A stretch of DNA of 64,000 nt from NCBI GenBank assembly GCA_965215015.1, contig OZ244042.1, positions 4,640,001 to 4,704,000 of the forward strand. Direction: 5' to 3'. The notes under the pieces were generated by a model. It did no database searches. It was not told the origin of the DNA and was given only the letters and a program-made list of their open reading frames with translations. Below, in pieces: positions 19,119-30,267 of the stretch. Within the stretch, counting starts at the first letter, position 1, and each line of letters starts with the position of its first letter. The DNA is from Candidatus Poribacteria bacterium (GTDB taxonomy: Bacteria > Poribacteria > WGA-4E > PCPOR2b). The position numbers were made by a program, and so were the translations under genes.

Positions 19119-19391
19119 TCAAATGCCTAATTGCCTGAGTAAACTCGTGAGGGGCAATTCGTCAATCATTCCTTTTGGCACACAGATTCTACAATGTGCG
19201 ATCGCCTCCGCACCCGTCTTACAATCCATTAGGGGGTTTGGCACTAATTCATAAACGATCCAAGAGAGTTGCAGCATCAACTCTGCAATCGTCTTTTCTG
19301 CTTGCTCTAACCGTTCTGCTAAGGTTTCAAGCGTTTCTGCCCTCGTAAAAAACCTCCTTTCATCTTTATCTAGTGTACGGTGAACTACCAC
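19119..19391 (-). CDS. Hypothetical protein (possible gene remnant)
   Basis: 90-aa ORF overlapping the SDR stop; no family recognised. Confidence 0.35.
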   Translation of the reverse strand: MVVHRTLDKDERRFFTRAETLETLAERLEQAEKTIAELMLQLSWIVYELVPNPLMDCKTGAEAIAHCRICVPKGMIDELPLTSLLRQLGI

Positions 19392-20215
19392 ATAACCCGA
19401 CCGTCACAGTTGATGTCCTGTCCCGTCATGCTTGCTGAATCATCCGAGGCGAGAAAGAGTGCCAAGGCAGCCATCTCTTCGGATCCCGATCCTTTTTCAC
19501 GATAACCTTCATCGGCACACCACCTGCCTGCGAGAACACCCTTCGGATCTGGACGTCCGATCCGCTCGCGAAATGCCTCCTCATCAAAGAACTGATTCAT
19601 GTACTCTGCCCGGCCCCTCGCCAATTCGACGCTTCTCTCCTCATGCCCGCCCGGGCAGATTGCGTTGACATTGATGTTGTAACGTCCAACATCGGCGGCG
19701 AGTGTCCTGGTGAAACCGATCACCCCCATCTTCGAGGTGGCATATGGTGCTCTGTGGGAGAGTGGCTGTTTACCCGTGCCCGAACTAAAGTTTATGATTT
19801 TCCCATATCGCTTCTTTATCATTTCGGGCAGCACTGCTTTGCAACAGAGGAAGTGCGAATCGAGGTTGACGGAAAGTGTTTGTTTCCACTCCGCTAGGGT
19901 CATATCCCAGACATCTTTGGTCGGCCCAGCGACGCCCACAACATTGGCGAGTATATCGACTGTACCCAAGGTTTCAATGGTTTCCTTCGCCATATGGTTC
20001 ACTTCTTCCTCTTTTGAAACATCGGTCTGAAAGCAGAGAACCTGTCCACCAGCGGCTCTTATCTTCGAGCCAACTTTCTCCTCCAATGCCGTCTCTGGAA
20101 TCACATCGCACAAGGAAACCGCGGCCCCCTCTTCTGAAAATTGCAGGGCGATTGCCTCCGCGTGCCCCCTGCCAGCACCCGTAATCATTGCGACTTTACC
20201 ATCCAATTTTCCCAT
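19385..20215 (-). CDS. Short-chain dehydrogenase/reductase
   Basis: ITGAGRG, YATSK (YxxxK) and VNAICPG. Confidence 0.92.
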   Translation of the reverse strand: MGKLDGKVAMITGAGRGHAEAIALQFSEEGAAVSLCDVIPETALEEKVGSKIRAAGGQVLCFQTDVSKEEEVNHMAKETIETLGTVDILANVVGVAGPTKDVWDMTLAEWKQTLSVNLDSHFLCCKAVLPEMIKKRYGKIINFSSGTGKQPLSHRAPYATSKMGVIGFTRTLAADVGRYNINVNAICPGGHEERSVELARGRAEYMNQFFDEEAFRERIGRPDPKGVLAGRWCADEGYREKGSGSEEMAALALFLASDDSASMTGQDINCDGRVMW

Positions 20216-20249
20216 GAAACCTCTCCCTCCCTTCAGAATCCTTTTTCAA

Positions 20250-21278
20250 TTATTCCGGCTGGAGGCAAACCTTGCCAAAGTTTTTCCGCGCTTCTATGAT
20301 TCGATGTGCCTCCGCTGCTGCTTGTAACGGCAATACTTGAGCGATAATCGGCGTCAACTTTCCCTGCTCGGCAAGACGGATAATGGTCCGAAGCTCAGAG
20401 GTCGTCCCCAGTGCCGATCCCATTAGTGTCAACTGCTTCTGGTACATTTTGCGGATGTTAATCTCGCCGATATCCCCCGTCGTGACACCGCACGAAACAA
20501 GGCGTCCTTTTTTCGCGAGGCTTGCTACACTCTGATCCCATGTCGCTGCCCCAACATGCTCAAGGACAACGTCAACCCCTCGTCCGCCTGTCGCATCCTG
20601 AACGGCTTCGCTGAAATCGGTTTGCATGTAGTTGATTGTGAAATCGGCTCCCATCTGACGGGCACGTTCCAGTTTTTCATCGGTACTCGCGGTCGCAAAG
20701 ACGCGTGCACCGCACAGTTTGGCAATTTGTAAGCCAGCACTCCCAACACCGCTACCAGCGGATAAGACCAGCACATCATCACCGGGACGGATTTGCGCCC
20801 GCGTCACAAGCATGTGCCATGCCGTAAGGTAGGCGATTGGGAGGGCGGCAGCATTAACGTATGAAAGATCGGCGGAAATCTGAATGGCGTTTTTAGCGGG
20901 TGCTTTCACATATTCCGCATAACCGCCGTTGGTCTGAAAGCCCAAAATCTCCTGAAAGTCGCACATATTTTCGTCGCCATTGAGGCAATCCGGGCACTGT
21001 TCGCAAGGGATGCAGGGCGAGAGTAGCACCCAATCGCCGACAGCGACGTTGTGGACTTCCGTTCCGACTTCGACCACCTCCCCGGAGATGTCAGATCCGA
21101 GGATGTGTGGAAACGGCTGTACCTCCGGACGATCCCGTCGAGCGCGGATATCGAGTTGGTTTACCGCACACACCTTGACTTGGACCAACACTTCTGAGGG
21201 TGTAATGACCGGGACCGGGACTTCTTCGTAACGGAGTTTATCAATTCCGCCCTGTTCGTGGAAAATGATCGCTTTCAT
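20250..21278 (-). CDS. Zinc-binding alcohol dehydrogenase / MDR family
   Basis: ILGSDISG, CEQCPDC structural Zn site, AGSGVG and GKVCL. Confidence 0.9.
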   Translation of the reverse strand: MKAIIFHEQGGIDKLRYEEVPVPVITPSEVLVQVKVCAVNQLDIRARRDRPEVQPFPHILGSDISGEVVEVGTEVHNVAVGDWVLLSPCIPCEQCPDCLNGDENMCDFQEILGFQTNGGYAEYVKAPAKNAIQISADLSYVNAAALPIAYLTAWHMLVTRAQIRPGDDVLVLSAGSGVGSAGLQIAKLCGARVFATASTDEKLERARQMGADFTINYMQTDFSEAVQDATGGRGVDVVLEHVGAATWDQSVASLAKKGRLVSCGVTTGDIGEINIRKMYQKQLTLMGSALGTTSELRTIIRLAEQGKLTPIIAQVLPLQAAAEAHRIIEARKNFGKVCLQPE

Positions 21279-21363
21279 GGAGCTCCTTCGCCCTAACAAT
21301 TCCAAACACCATGAAGAATAAACGTATCGAAGGTTTTTATCTTCTCATGAAATTATGAGTTCA

Positions 21364-21705
21364 TCAGTTTGTCTCATCAAAAAACCCCGTCTGAGTAGCA
21401 TCTTTATCGATGTTTTGACCAGAACTCAGTTTCTCACGACGTTTTATAATCTTCTGTTCACTTCCCTTGATTCTTTCCAAAGAAAAATCATGGGGATTTT
21501 CAAGCCTTTCTTTAATAAGTTGGCAGTGTTCCTTATCAAGTTCGCAGCCAATCCATCTTCTGTTATATCGCTCACAAACAATATAAGTTGTTCCTGAACC
21601 TCCAAAGGGATTGATCACCCAATCACCCTCATTACTGGACGCTAAGACAAATTTCCTGACCAGTTCTTTTGGTTTTCGGGTCGGGTGTACTGTCTTTTCT
21701 TATTA
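21364..21705 (-). pseudogene. C-terminal fragment of an N4/N6 DNA methyltransferase
   Basis: KTVHPTRKPKELVRKFVLASSNEGDWVINPFGGSGTT...WIGCEL (motifs X/I/II); no N-terminal part before phyH. Confidence 0.75.
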
Positions 21706-21708
21706 TGA

Positions 21709-22524
21709 TTAACCGTACGCTCCATGCTCAAGGAACCCTAGCAATCGTCGTAACCTCGGATTGGCGTCTTTGTAGATGTGTTCTGGCATGTTGTAGTTCA
21801 TGAACGGATAATATTTATGTCCAATCATGCGGCGGGCGTAGGTAACCTGTGTAATATAGCGGATTCGATTGCTGCGATTAAGTCCCCCATGATGCCACAC
21901 CTGATTGTTGAACATGACGACACTTCCCGCTTTGCCCAAATTATACTGAATCTTGCTCTCCCACTCTGTTCCTTCAATTTCAGGGGGTGGACCCATACCG
22001 AACAAATGGGAGCCGGGAATCACCTCGGTGCCGCCGTATTTGATCTCGGTGACATCCGTCAGATAGTAGTTTGCGGTGAAAAACATGACCGACAAGCGGA
22101 TATTTTTCGGTGGTTTGCCATCTGTAACAGTGAAATGGGGAGCATCATCTTGATGCCATTGTGTTATACCACCACCCGGAAAACTCTGGAATGAGTTGTT
22201 GTGGATGACGTGGCAATTCGGAGCAATAAGGGCTTCGGCGAAGCTAACAATAGGCTCTAAGTCAAATAGCTTGAGGTTGGTTTCGCTGGTCTCAAACAGC
22301 CGGTGGGCGAGTGCGGTGCGCTCATTTACACCATTGAGACCGTTGGGATTTTCTTTTAACGCCCAATCCAAGTCTTCGCGCATCTGGGCACACCAATCTG
22401 GTGGGAGCACATTTTGCAAAAACAGAAAGCCGTCCCGGTGGAATTGATCCACCCATTCCTGAATCTGTGCTTCGTTCACAATTTGATTGGCTAAATAGTT
22501 TCCATTTTCTGCAGTTTGGCTCAT
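21709..22524 (-). CDS. Phytanoyl-CoA dioxygenase (PhyH) family
   Basis: FHRDGFL, WHQD, GGTEVIPGSH and WHHG..N..R. Confidence 0.9.
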   Translation of the reverse strand: MSQTAENGNYLANQIVNEAQIQEWVDQFHRDGFLFLQNVLPPDWCAQMREDLDWALKENPNGLNGVNERTALAHRLFETSETNLKLFDLEPIVSFAEALIAPNCHVIHNNSFQSFPGGGITQWHQDDAPHFTVTDGKPPKNIRLSVMFFTANYYLTDVTEIKYGGTEVIPGSHLFGMGPPPEIEGTEWESKIQYNLGKAGSVVMFNNQVWHHGGLNRSNRIRYITQVTYARRMIGHKYYPFMNYNMPEHIYKDANPRLRRLLGFLEHGAYG

Positions 22525-22663
22525 AAGCGATCTCCTTGTGAAATGTGGAATATAGCACCTAAACGAGTATGGTATACCGGCACTAGCCGTTTGTCAATAT
22601 CAAATTCCGTTGATGGAGGGACCTCCGATATCCATTTGCACACGCTTAGACAAATAATCCTCA

Positions 22664-23823
22664 CTACAATTGCACCGAAATAATCTCGCTATCCCGCAAC
22701 GGTTCTGGCAGATCGTCCGGGAAACTCCCAATCTCCCGGAAATCAGGCACAGGCAGCGGAATCCCACCCTGATTGATTGATGCTTCCGAAACCAACCCTG
22801 GCACCGTCATGTCAAGGGATTCGTAAACATCAATTGAGGGCTTTGTGTCCTCAATAATTGAATCGACAAACTCGCGGATCTCGAAATAATCGCCACCGCC
22901 GTGTCCAGCGCGTAGGGCCTCTTCCGGCGGATTGCGCCACATCTCTGGCATAAACTCCTCCTCGAAATCCCACAACGAGCACCACTCCATTTTCTCAGCA
23001 TAGTCCGCCAACCAGATCTTCGGGGCATCTCCAAAGCCGCGGGGTGCCTCATAACAACCCTGTGTTCCTTGCAAGCTGTAATAGGTGAGATTGTGGGGAC
23101 GATTGGACAGCATATCAACCCGGATTTCGATCAACCCGCCATTTGTCGTCTTGCACATCATCGTCGTACTATCTTCGTTTTCGTAATGCACACCGCGTGG
23201 ATCGCGATAATGGTGCCCTGTGCCGAAACAGGAGACGGTACAGACGCGCTCATCAAACCATTGCAACACAGGACCGAGACTATGCGTCGGATACGTTGAA
23301 CCGTTGCGTCCGGTTTGCCATTTGCGCCGCCACTTCGTTCTTTCATTACCTGCCTTCAGCTCGTGGATATACGCGCCTTCACCGAAGTAAATCTCGCCAA
23401 ACAGGCCGCGCCGAGCAAGTTCGCGCACCAATACATTCGGCTTCATATAGGTATAGTTCTCCGCCATCATATACTTTTTCCCACTCTCTTTGACCGCATT
23501 GACGAGGTGCCAACACTGCTCAAGATCTGTTGCGGCAGGAACTTCGGAGAGACGTGCTTTCCTTCCGAAAGCGCAATGACAGCTTGGGGCACATGCAAAG
23601 GCATCGGTGTCGAGACAAGGATTACATCAAGGTCTGACTTCGCCATCTTCTCAAAGTCCGTGTATCGCTCCTCAACCCCATGCTGATTGCCTACCTGATT
23701 GAGGATTTCGTTATTAATATCACAAATGGCAACGAGGGCAGTTTCATTCACAGTTTGGAATGCCCGGATAAACCCTGAGCCACGGGGGACTCCCACCAAA
23801 CCGACTTTCAATTCGCTTGTCAT
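22664..23823 (-). pseudogene. Gfo/Idh/MocA oxidoreductase split by a 1-nt frameshift
   Basis: N-part ...STPMPLH..GKHV; the expected LSEVP lies in another frame at ~23545-23555 and joins MAENYTY...GHGGGD. Confidence 0.8.
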
Positions 23824-23880
23824 AGACTTATCTTTCTGGTTGCATGTAGTTGATGGATACCTTTGGAGGTTGATGTTTTT

Positions 23881-24360
23881 TTATTCGTCCGACTCTTCCT
23901 CTTCCTGCTCGTATACCAACGGCTTTCCCACGATTCGTGCTAATTCAGTTCCCTGTATTTCCACTGGATTTAGCGGATATGAATGGGTAACGGACAGTCG
24001 TGAACCATCGACGAGAAACAAGTAAAGATGCCAGATTTTAATGAATTTCCCGCGATTTCCAATTCTCACAGAGCGAATCCCGGAAAATGGCAACGGCCGT
24101 TCCCGAAAAAAAAGAAGCAGGATACGCCGCCGCCATAGAATATCGCGCTGCGGAAGCCGGATGTTAATCCGCAGGGTATAGGTTAAGAGATGCACACCGA
24201 TGAGTAAGCAGGGCACAGCAATCCATATCCGGTCGTCCGCCTTGAACGTGAACATGAGCAATCCAGCCGCTGTAAACCAAATCAGGCTAGAAAGTCGGGA
24301 GGCGAGGCTGCGTTTGAGAATAATTGTGTCTGGATTGGGGCGTTTTAAGATAAGAGCCAT
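23881..24360 (-). CDS. Membrane protein with two TM helices and a PH-like soluble domain
   Basis: Two hydrophobic segments followed by a beta-rich tail. Confidence 0.6.
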   Translation of the reverse strand: MALILKRPNPDTIILKRSLASRLSSLIWFTAAGLLMFTFKADDRIWIAVPCLLIGVHLLTYTLRINIRLPQRDILWRRRILLLFFRERPLPFSGIRSVRIGNRGKFIKIWHLYLFLVDGSRLSVTHSYPLNPVEIQGTELARIVGKPLVYEQEEEESDE

Positions 24361-24496
24361 AGGCGAAACTCATACTAACCGTTGGTTCTAGTTTGCAACT
24401 GTTGATACGGGCTCCACGAGAGTGAAACATGATGCGTAAGTTAGTTCATTCAGATGGGTGGTGGACTTCACCGCATCCCTATTGGCCTTGATAGGG

Positions 24497-24788
24497 TAGG
24501 ACTTACACAGTTGAAGGCTCAATACTAACACCAGAAAAGGGAGCGCAATGGTCATCGTGGGTTGAAAACACCCGGACTATAGCGCAATGTGCCGGGCGGA
24601 TGGAGCCGGGATTATCGCCCCATAGTATCTGGTATTCTATGGCACTAGAATCATGGTATCCTCGACGATTCATCGCCACAGAACACAATTTCCAACGCCC
24701 GATGAATCGGGGGTCTATAGCGGGAGAACCACCAGGGATCCCGTAAGGCACACAGATCGGTGTGCCTTACTGAAGAGCGTAACTCCTA
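24497..24788. mobile_element. Long MITE-like copy carrying extra internal repeat modules
   Basis: TAGGACTTACACAG...GAGCGTAACTCCTA termini, 292 bp. Confidence 0.7.
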
Positions 24789-24789
24789 T

Positions 24790-24900
24790 AGAGGTTGGCT
24801 TTGAGTCATTCAACCTAACCTACACTACTGGTCGAGATAGGAAGCCCAACCTACGGGAATGATGTTGGGTTTCACGGTGCCCGTTCAACCCAACCTGCAT
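24790..24900. repeat. REP-like GTTGGGTT..AACCCAACCTAC cluster
   Basis: Three related units: GGTTGG..CAACCTAACCTAC, GCCCAACCTAC and GTTGGGTT..AACCCAACCTGC. Confidence 0.6.
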
Positions 24901-24942
24901 CTTGTACGGCAACGTTACCAGCGATCCGTCCAATTCCGTTTG

Positions 24943-25326
24943 CTACACTTCAACCTTGTAGTTTAGTTCAATTTCATCGCCCGGCATACCGCGGAACCCC
25001 CAATTGTGCTTAGGTGTCTCGGTGATTGTGATTTCAAGGTCTTGTGGGAGAATATTCAGCTGTTGGTGAACCCTTTCAAAAAGCAGGCGAATCAGGTTTT
25101 TCTTCGTTTCTACAGATCGACCTTCAAACATACTAATCTCGATAATCGTATACTTTGTTGTGCGTCCACTGGGATAATAGAAATCGGAGGGGTCTAGCGG
25201 AAAGAAGCGGTGGGCTCTTTTATCCTGCGGAAAATGCAAGGCATCAACCACACACGAATGAATCACATCGGAGAGCTTCGCTTTGATAGGGCCAAGGTTC
25301 TCTTTGAATCCTTTAATCTGCGACAT
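24943..25326 (-). CDS. Tautomerase-family protein
   Basis: IEISMFEGRSVETKK, DLEITITETPKHNWGFRG. Confidence 0.85.
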   Translation of the reverse strand: MSQIKGFKENLGPIKAKLSDVIHSCVVDALHFPQDKRAHRFFPLDPSDFYYPSGRTTKYTIIEISMFEGRSVETKKNLIRLLFERVHQQLNILPQDLEITITETPKHNWGFRGMPGDEIELNYKVEV

Positions 25327-25345
25327 TACGTTTCCTTTTAGCGAG

Positions 25346-26203
25346 TTAGGCTGTCAAAATCTCGACACCGGTTTCCGTCACACGCACGGTATGCTCCCAT
25401 TGAGCTGACAACGAACCATCAACAGTAACGACCGTCCAGCCATCTGACAGTGTCGTGCATTCGCAGCGGCCGGCGTTAATCATCGGCTCAATTGTAAACA
25501 CCATGTTCGGTACCATCTGGGGACCGTCGTTTCTTCTGCCGTAGTGGGGTACCTGAGGGGCCTCCCAGAACTCTAAACCGGTGCCGTGCCCACACAATTC
25601 ACGCACAACAGAATATCCCCGACTTTCAGCATGTTGCTGGATTGTGTAGCCGATATTCCCAATCCTGGTGCCGGGGCTCACTACATCAATACCAAGGTAC
25701 ATGCACGCTTTGGTTTCCTCGATCAGCATCAGAGCTGCCTCTGACACTTCACCAATCACGAACATACGGCTGGTATCGCCAAAATATCCATCTAGAATTG
25801 GAGTGACATCAACGTTGATGATATCCCCGCTCCTCAAGACCGTATCATCGGGAATTCCGTGACAAATGACATTGTTGATCGAAGTACAGCAGCTTTTATT
25901 GAATCCCTTTACATCGAGGGTCGCAGGATAGCCCCCGTGGTCGCATGTGTATTCGTAGACCCATCGGTCAATGTCATTGGTTGTGACACCAGCTTCAATG
26001 CGCCTTTCCAGCATGTCCAAAGTTTTCCGCGCCAATTGACTGCTTCGGCGAATACCTTCAATCTGTTCCTCAGTCTTGATAATAATCCTTGAAGTCATTC
26101 GTGGTTGAGATGTGCTTGATTTTTTATCCTGCTTGAGATGGCAATTTTTATATCTTTTGCCACTCCCACACCAGCAGGGTTCATTTCGTGATAGTTTTCT
26201 CAT
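25346..26203 (-). CDS. map: Type I methionine aminopeptidase with N-terminal SEC-C motif
   Basis: RNEPCWCGSGKRYKNCH; CHGIP, DTSR, GHGTG, IEPMIN and SAQWEHT. Confidence 0.95.
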   Translation of the reverse strand: MRKLSRNEPCWCGSGKRYKNCHLKQDKKSSTSQPRMTSRIIIKTEEQIEGIRRSSQLARKTLDMLERRIEAGVTTNDIDRWVYEYTCDHGGYPATLDVKGFNKSCCTSINNVICHGIPDDTVLRSGDIINVDVTPILDGYFGDTSRMFVIGEVSEAALMLIEETKACMYLGIDVVSPGTRIGNIGYTIQQHAESRGYSVVRELCGHGTGLEFWEAPQVPHYGRRNDGPQMVPNMVFTIEPMINAGRCECTTLSDGWTVVTVDGSLSAQWEHTVRVTETGVEILTA

Positions 26204-26282
26204 TAGTTTTACGATTTTGCTCAGATCCTGTTCGGAAAAGAACGGTTAATCTCGTCGTGGTGAAAGGTTGTGGATTATCTAT

Positions 26283-27044
26283 CTACCACGTCTCGAAATC
26301 CCTGATGCAGGCGACAACCTCACCAGTGATGGCGTTAAGCAAGGATTCTCCCTTTTCCGGCGTGGCGTATTGAGGTTCCCCCATTGCTCCAGTAGGTGCC
26401 CACGTGACCAGTCGCTTGGCGACATTGATGCGTCCACCGTGCTCGCTGTGGAAAAACGGTGAATCTACTAGCGGCGGACTGGACGTCACCCGGTCCATCC
26501 GCATTATCTCGCCGTGCAGGAACAACATCATTGAGGTTTCGTACTCACAGGCATGCGTCAGATGGGGCGTCTCCATCCCGTGAAGTTCTGGTGCCATCGC
26601 CGGTTCAGCCACCGTCCAATAAGAGGACAACGCAATCCACATATTGTCATAAACATCCGATTCGTTCGCCAGTTCTGTGATTGCTTGCGTGCCAGGGACT
26701 ACATTTCCCCCGTGACCGTTGAGTAAAAACACACGCTGAAATCCCGCCTTGGCGATAGATCTGACGATGTTCTTGATCATCAGTGTGTAAATGTGATTGG
26801 GGACGCTCACAGTGCCAGGGCGATCTAGATGATGATCTGACGCACCAAGCCATAACGTCGGCAGCAGATAGATCCGCTCACTGAGTTGTTGTTCGATTCG
26901 TTGTGCCACTGCGGTTACAAGATAGGTATCTGTCAGCAGTGGAGAGTGATGACCATGCTGCTCTAGCGATCCGAGCGGAAGAACGACGACCTTATTTTTA
27001 TCTGCTTCCTGAATATCAACCCAGCAGTTGTTTCCATATTGCAT
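26283..27044 (-). CDS. Creatininase family amidohydrolase
   Basis: PLGSLEQHGHH..LTD, NGHGGN and HACEYETS. Confidence 0.9.
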   Translation of the reverse strand: MQYGNNCWVDIQEADKNKVVVLPLGSLEQHGHHSPLLTDTYLVTAVAQRIEQQLSERIYLLPTLWLGASDHHLDRPGTVSVPNHIYTLMIKNIVRSIAKAGFQRVFLLNGHGGNVVPGTQAITELANESDVYDNMWIALSSYWTVAEPAMAPELHGMETPHLTHACEYETSMMLFLHGEIMRMDRVTSSPPLVDSPFFHSEHGGRINVAKRLVTWAPTGAMGEPQYATPEKGESLLNAITGEVVACIRDFETW

Positions 27045-27148
27045 ATCAATTTGTTCTCCTAAATGTAGTCCCTGCTTTACAATTTATATTTCATACCGAT
27101 ACTATATGGTGGTTAAATGGTGGTTAAGAAGTTCATAGCACAGTCTTA

Positions 27149-28372
27149 TCAAACACACAACCGATCCAAAGCCTCCGCCAGTCGGTCTATCCCTGTGTTG
27201 ATTGTTTCGAGACTAACCGCATAAGCAAACCGAAGATGCCCGGGCCTCTGAAACTTGCTCCCCGGCACTGTTACGACATTTGCGCTCTTAATTAAGTAGA
27301 GTGCTAACGCTTCGTCCGTGTCGAGGAGTTGTCCTTTCGGTGTCCGACGACCACAGTAGAGGCGCATATCGGGGAAAAAATAGAACGCGCCCGATGGACG
27401 ATCCCAAACTGTATCCTTCACTAGTTCGCTAAAGCGTTTCATCAAAGCATCTCGCCGCACACAAAGTGCATCCCGGATTTGGTATCGTAGGCGCAGATCT
27501 GCATCTTTCCGTAGAAAATGTGCGTACCCCTTTTGTGTAGGTAAGTTGACGCACGAGGATGTATTTCCCTCAACATTTGCTATTACCCCCATCACCGCTT
27601 CCGGTCCTGCAATAAATCCCAAGCGAAGCCCTGTGCCTGAAACCTCTTTGGACATGCCCCCAATGAGCAGGGTCTGATTGGGAAGGTATGACGCAATACT
27701 CACATGTTCGAGACCATCATAGACAACGGTACGGTAAACTTCATCAGACAAAACACAGATCTGTTCGTGCTTTCCAATGATTTCGGCAAGTTCTTGTAAT
27801 AATGAAGGCGGATAGACTGTCCCGGTTGGATTATTTGGCGAATTTAGTACGATCAGCGCAATCGTATCATCTTGGTTCAGAAGGTCTGCTAATTGATTGG
27901 GATCCGGCAGGAAATGTGCATCGGTCTCCAAGACAATCGGTGGTTTACCCGTCAACAGGATAGGGAGATTCTCGTACGATTCGTAGGTTGGGGCAAACGC
28001 GACCAATCGATTCCGGCGAGAACTCGGATTCAGCATGGTTACACAGACTTTGAAGACCGCATCTTTGGGTCCAGGGCAAACGACAATCTCCGATGGGGAA
28101 TAGTTTAACCCGAACAGACAAAGATCTGCATGAATGGCTTCGAGCAATTTTGAATCGCCTGCCGCTGGAGAATAATGCGTCGCATCATCCATTACGGCTT
28201 GAGAAATCGCGATTTTCAAGAGGTGAGGCACCGGAAGCTCTGGGTTCATTTCACCAATTCCGAAATCGTAAATCTGTTTTCCTTCCAACCTCGATCTATC
28301 CGCTATCGCCTTGATTTCCAGCGTCGGCGATAATTTTATCTGTTGCGCCCAAGTTGATGGCATTAAACCCAT
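27149..28372 (-). CDS. Class I/II PLP aminotransferase (aspartate aminotransferase-like)
   Basis: NSPNNPTG, SDEVY, SKEVSGTGLRLG and GAFYFF. Confidence 0.9.
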   Translation of the reverse strand: MGLMPSTWAQQIKLSPTLEIKAIADRSRLEGKQIYDFGIGEMNPELPVPHLLKIAISQAVMDDATHYSPAAGDSKLLEAIHADLCLFGLNYSPSEIVVCPGPKDAVFKVCVTMLNPSSRRNRLVAFAPTYESYENLPILLTGKPPIVLETDAHFLPDPNQLADLLNQDDTIALIVLNSPNNPTGTVYPPSLLQELAEIIGKHEQICVLSDEVYRTVVYDGLEHVSIASYLPNQTLLIGGMSKEVSGTGLRLGFIAGPEAVMGVIANVEGNTSSCVNLPTQKGYAHFLRKDADLRLRYQIRDALCVRRDALMKRFSELVKDTVWDRPSGAFYFFPDMRLYCGRRTPKGQLLDTDEALALYLIKSANVVTVPGSKFQRPGHLRFAYAVSLETINTGIDRLAEALDRLCV

Positions 28373-28634
28373 AGAAGGATTCCCTCGTGATTTGTGAGAT
28401 GATGTATTGATGAGTTCACAGTACCCGAAACCAATCGAAATAATAGCATGAATCGTACAAGGGCGTCAATCCCAAACTGCTACTGGTTTAGGGCAACCAC
28501 ATGTGAATATTACGCTTGACAAAGGTCAGCCAAGTTGGGAGTTGCCAACAAGCAGCTGAAAGCCCCATGGGACACCGATGACTTGACCACTTTTTTCCAT
28601 CAATCCGTTGAGTTGATCACCGATCAAAAAAACA

Positions 28635-28663
28635 TTGACAGTCGAAAAACGAAAGACTATACT
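28635..28663 (+). promoter_or_regulatory. sigma70 promoter of argC
   Basis: TTGACA-17bp-TATACT. Confidence 0.7.
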
Positions 28664-28728
28664 GATAGCAAAGGTTCATCTCATTATCCAACCGTTCCTG
28701 AATCAGAATTAACAAAAGGAGGCAGATT

Positions 28729-29700
28729 ATGTACAGAATCGGAATATTCGGGGACACCGGCATGGTGGGTCAAGAGATTGAAAAAGTCTTAGAAAATCAC
28801 GATCAGGTTGAAATCTGCTTCAGGAAAAATTCAAGAAGAGAAGAAGGAGCGTTGAACTCCTGCGAGCTGGTCTTTCTTGCGACGAAAGATCCAGAATCAA
28901 TGACGTATGCACCACCAATCTTTGAGCTTGGAAAGAAAGTGATTGATATGAGTGGTGCATTCAGATTTCCTAGAGAGGAATTTGAGGGAGAGTACGCGCC
29001 GCGAGTTGGACTGAACCCTTATGAGTCAGCGGATTATGTTCCAGAATTGCTAGCGGAAGCCGTTTATGGGATGCCAGCACTACTGCAAGATCAGATCGCT
29101 CAAGCAAGGTTAGTAGGGAATCCGGGCTGTTACCCTACAAGCGTTGTTCTGGCTTTAAGACCGCTTAAAGGGCTTGTCCAAGGCGAAGCGACAATTGTAG
29201 CAACTTCAGGAATTTCCGGTGCCCGAAAAGAGGTTGAAAAGGCACCCAATGAGATTACGTACGCTTACGGCAGAAGGCACAAGCACGTTCCGGAGATGGA
29301 GCTATATTCTAGTTTTCGTGTGAATTTTACCCCCATTGTCCTCCAGTCTATTTTTAGGGGAATCAACACGAACATCAGGGTTGAATTGGCAGAGCCGCTA
29401 AAAAATCTATCTGAGGAAGCAGCGGTTGAACAGTTGAGTCAGACTATCCGAAATGTCTACCAACCGGAGGATCTGGTATTTATCGTGGAAGATACCGCTG
29501 ATAAACAGTGGGGCACGCGCGATATTGCCGATACGCATAAACTCCTCGTCAAAATCAGGGTTGATGAAGGGTTTGCCTATATCTGTTCCCTTGAGGACAA
29601 TCTTGGAAAAGGTGCTGCCAGCCAAGCAGTTGAAAACATGAATATTATGCTCGGACTGCCCCGGCTGTATGGTATTGACCCGGTTTATAGTACGAGTTGA
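28729..29700 (+). CDS. argC: N-acetyl-gamma-glutamyl-phosphate reductase
   Basis: IDMSGAFR, VYGMP, NPGCYPT, SGISGA, HKHVPE and DNLGKGAA. Confidence 0.92.
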   Translation: MYRIGIFGDTGMVGQEIEKVLENHDQVEICFRKNSRREEGALNSCELVFLATKDPESMTYAPPIFELGKKVIDMSGAFRFPREEFEGEYAPRVGLNPYESADYVPELLAEAVYGMPALLQDQIAQARLVGNPGCYPTSVVLALRPLKGLVQGEATIVATSGISGARKEVEKAPNEITYAYGRRHKHVPEMELYSSFRVNFTPIVLQSIFRGINTNIRVELAEPLKNLSEEAAVEQLSQTIRNVYQPEDLVFIVEDTADKQWGTRDIADTHKLLVKIRVDEGFAYICSLEDNLGKGAASQAVENMNIMLGLPRLYGIDPVYSTS

Positions 29701-29838
29701 ATTAGGTGTGCAAATTAACCTCCACAAGCAGGGAACTATGCAGATACACATAGGGAGGGCTCGGCGGCTTCAATTGATGGTACTGGTGCTGTTCCAATCC
29801 CACCGGGGGCCTGTGCTCCAAACCTGAATATCATTCCA

Positions 29839-30267
29839 ATGACCATCCCTGTCGAACATATCCCTCCACCCCCGTATCAGATGGCTTCCGACCCGTATCG
29901 CCCCTTATACCATTTTTCGGCACCGGCAAATTATCTGGAGGATCCGAATGGCACAATCTACTGGAAGGGCAAGTACCATCTCTTTTACAAGTACAACCCT
30001 GATGGTGCTTTCGATGATTCCAAGCAGATGCATTGGGGACATGCTGTCAGCGAAGACTTGGTGCACTGGCGTGATCTCCCCATCGCGCTGTCACCGACTC
30101 CGGTCGGTCCCGACCGGCGCGGTTGCCGGAGGGGGGGTGCAGCGGTAATTCAAGTTTTACTTGATGCCGGTACGGACAAAACTATCAAGACTGTCAACGG
30201 TGATACTCCAGCCGACTATGCACAACGTCGTGAGCGACCGGAGGAGATTATTCGCCTGCTTCAATGA
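29839..30267 (+). pseudogene. Chimeric remnant: GH32 N-terminus fused to an ankyrin-protein tail
   Basis: [30 protein letters not shown] followed by [23 protein letters not shown]. Confidence 0.7.

Noticed and set aside
23545-23555. Programmed frameshift in the Gfo/Idh/MocA gene
   Set aside because: No slippery heptamer is present; a single-base loss (mutation or sequencing error) is simpler
25346-26203. SEC-C/MetAP fusion as a novelty
   Set aside because: This architecture is already known in many bacteria
28500-28520. ARG box upstream of argC
   Set aside because: Only a half-match (TGAAT) without the palindromic partner
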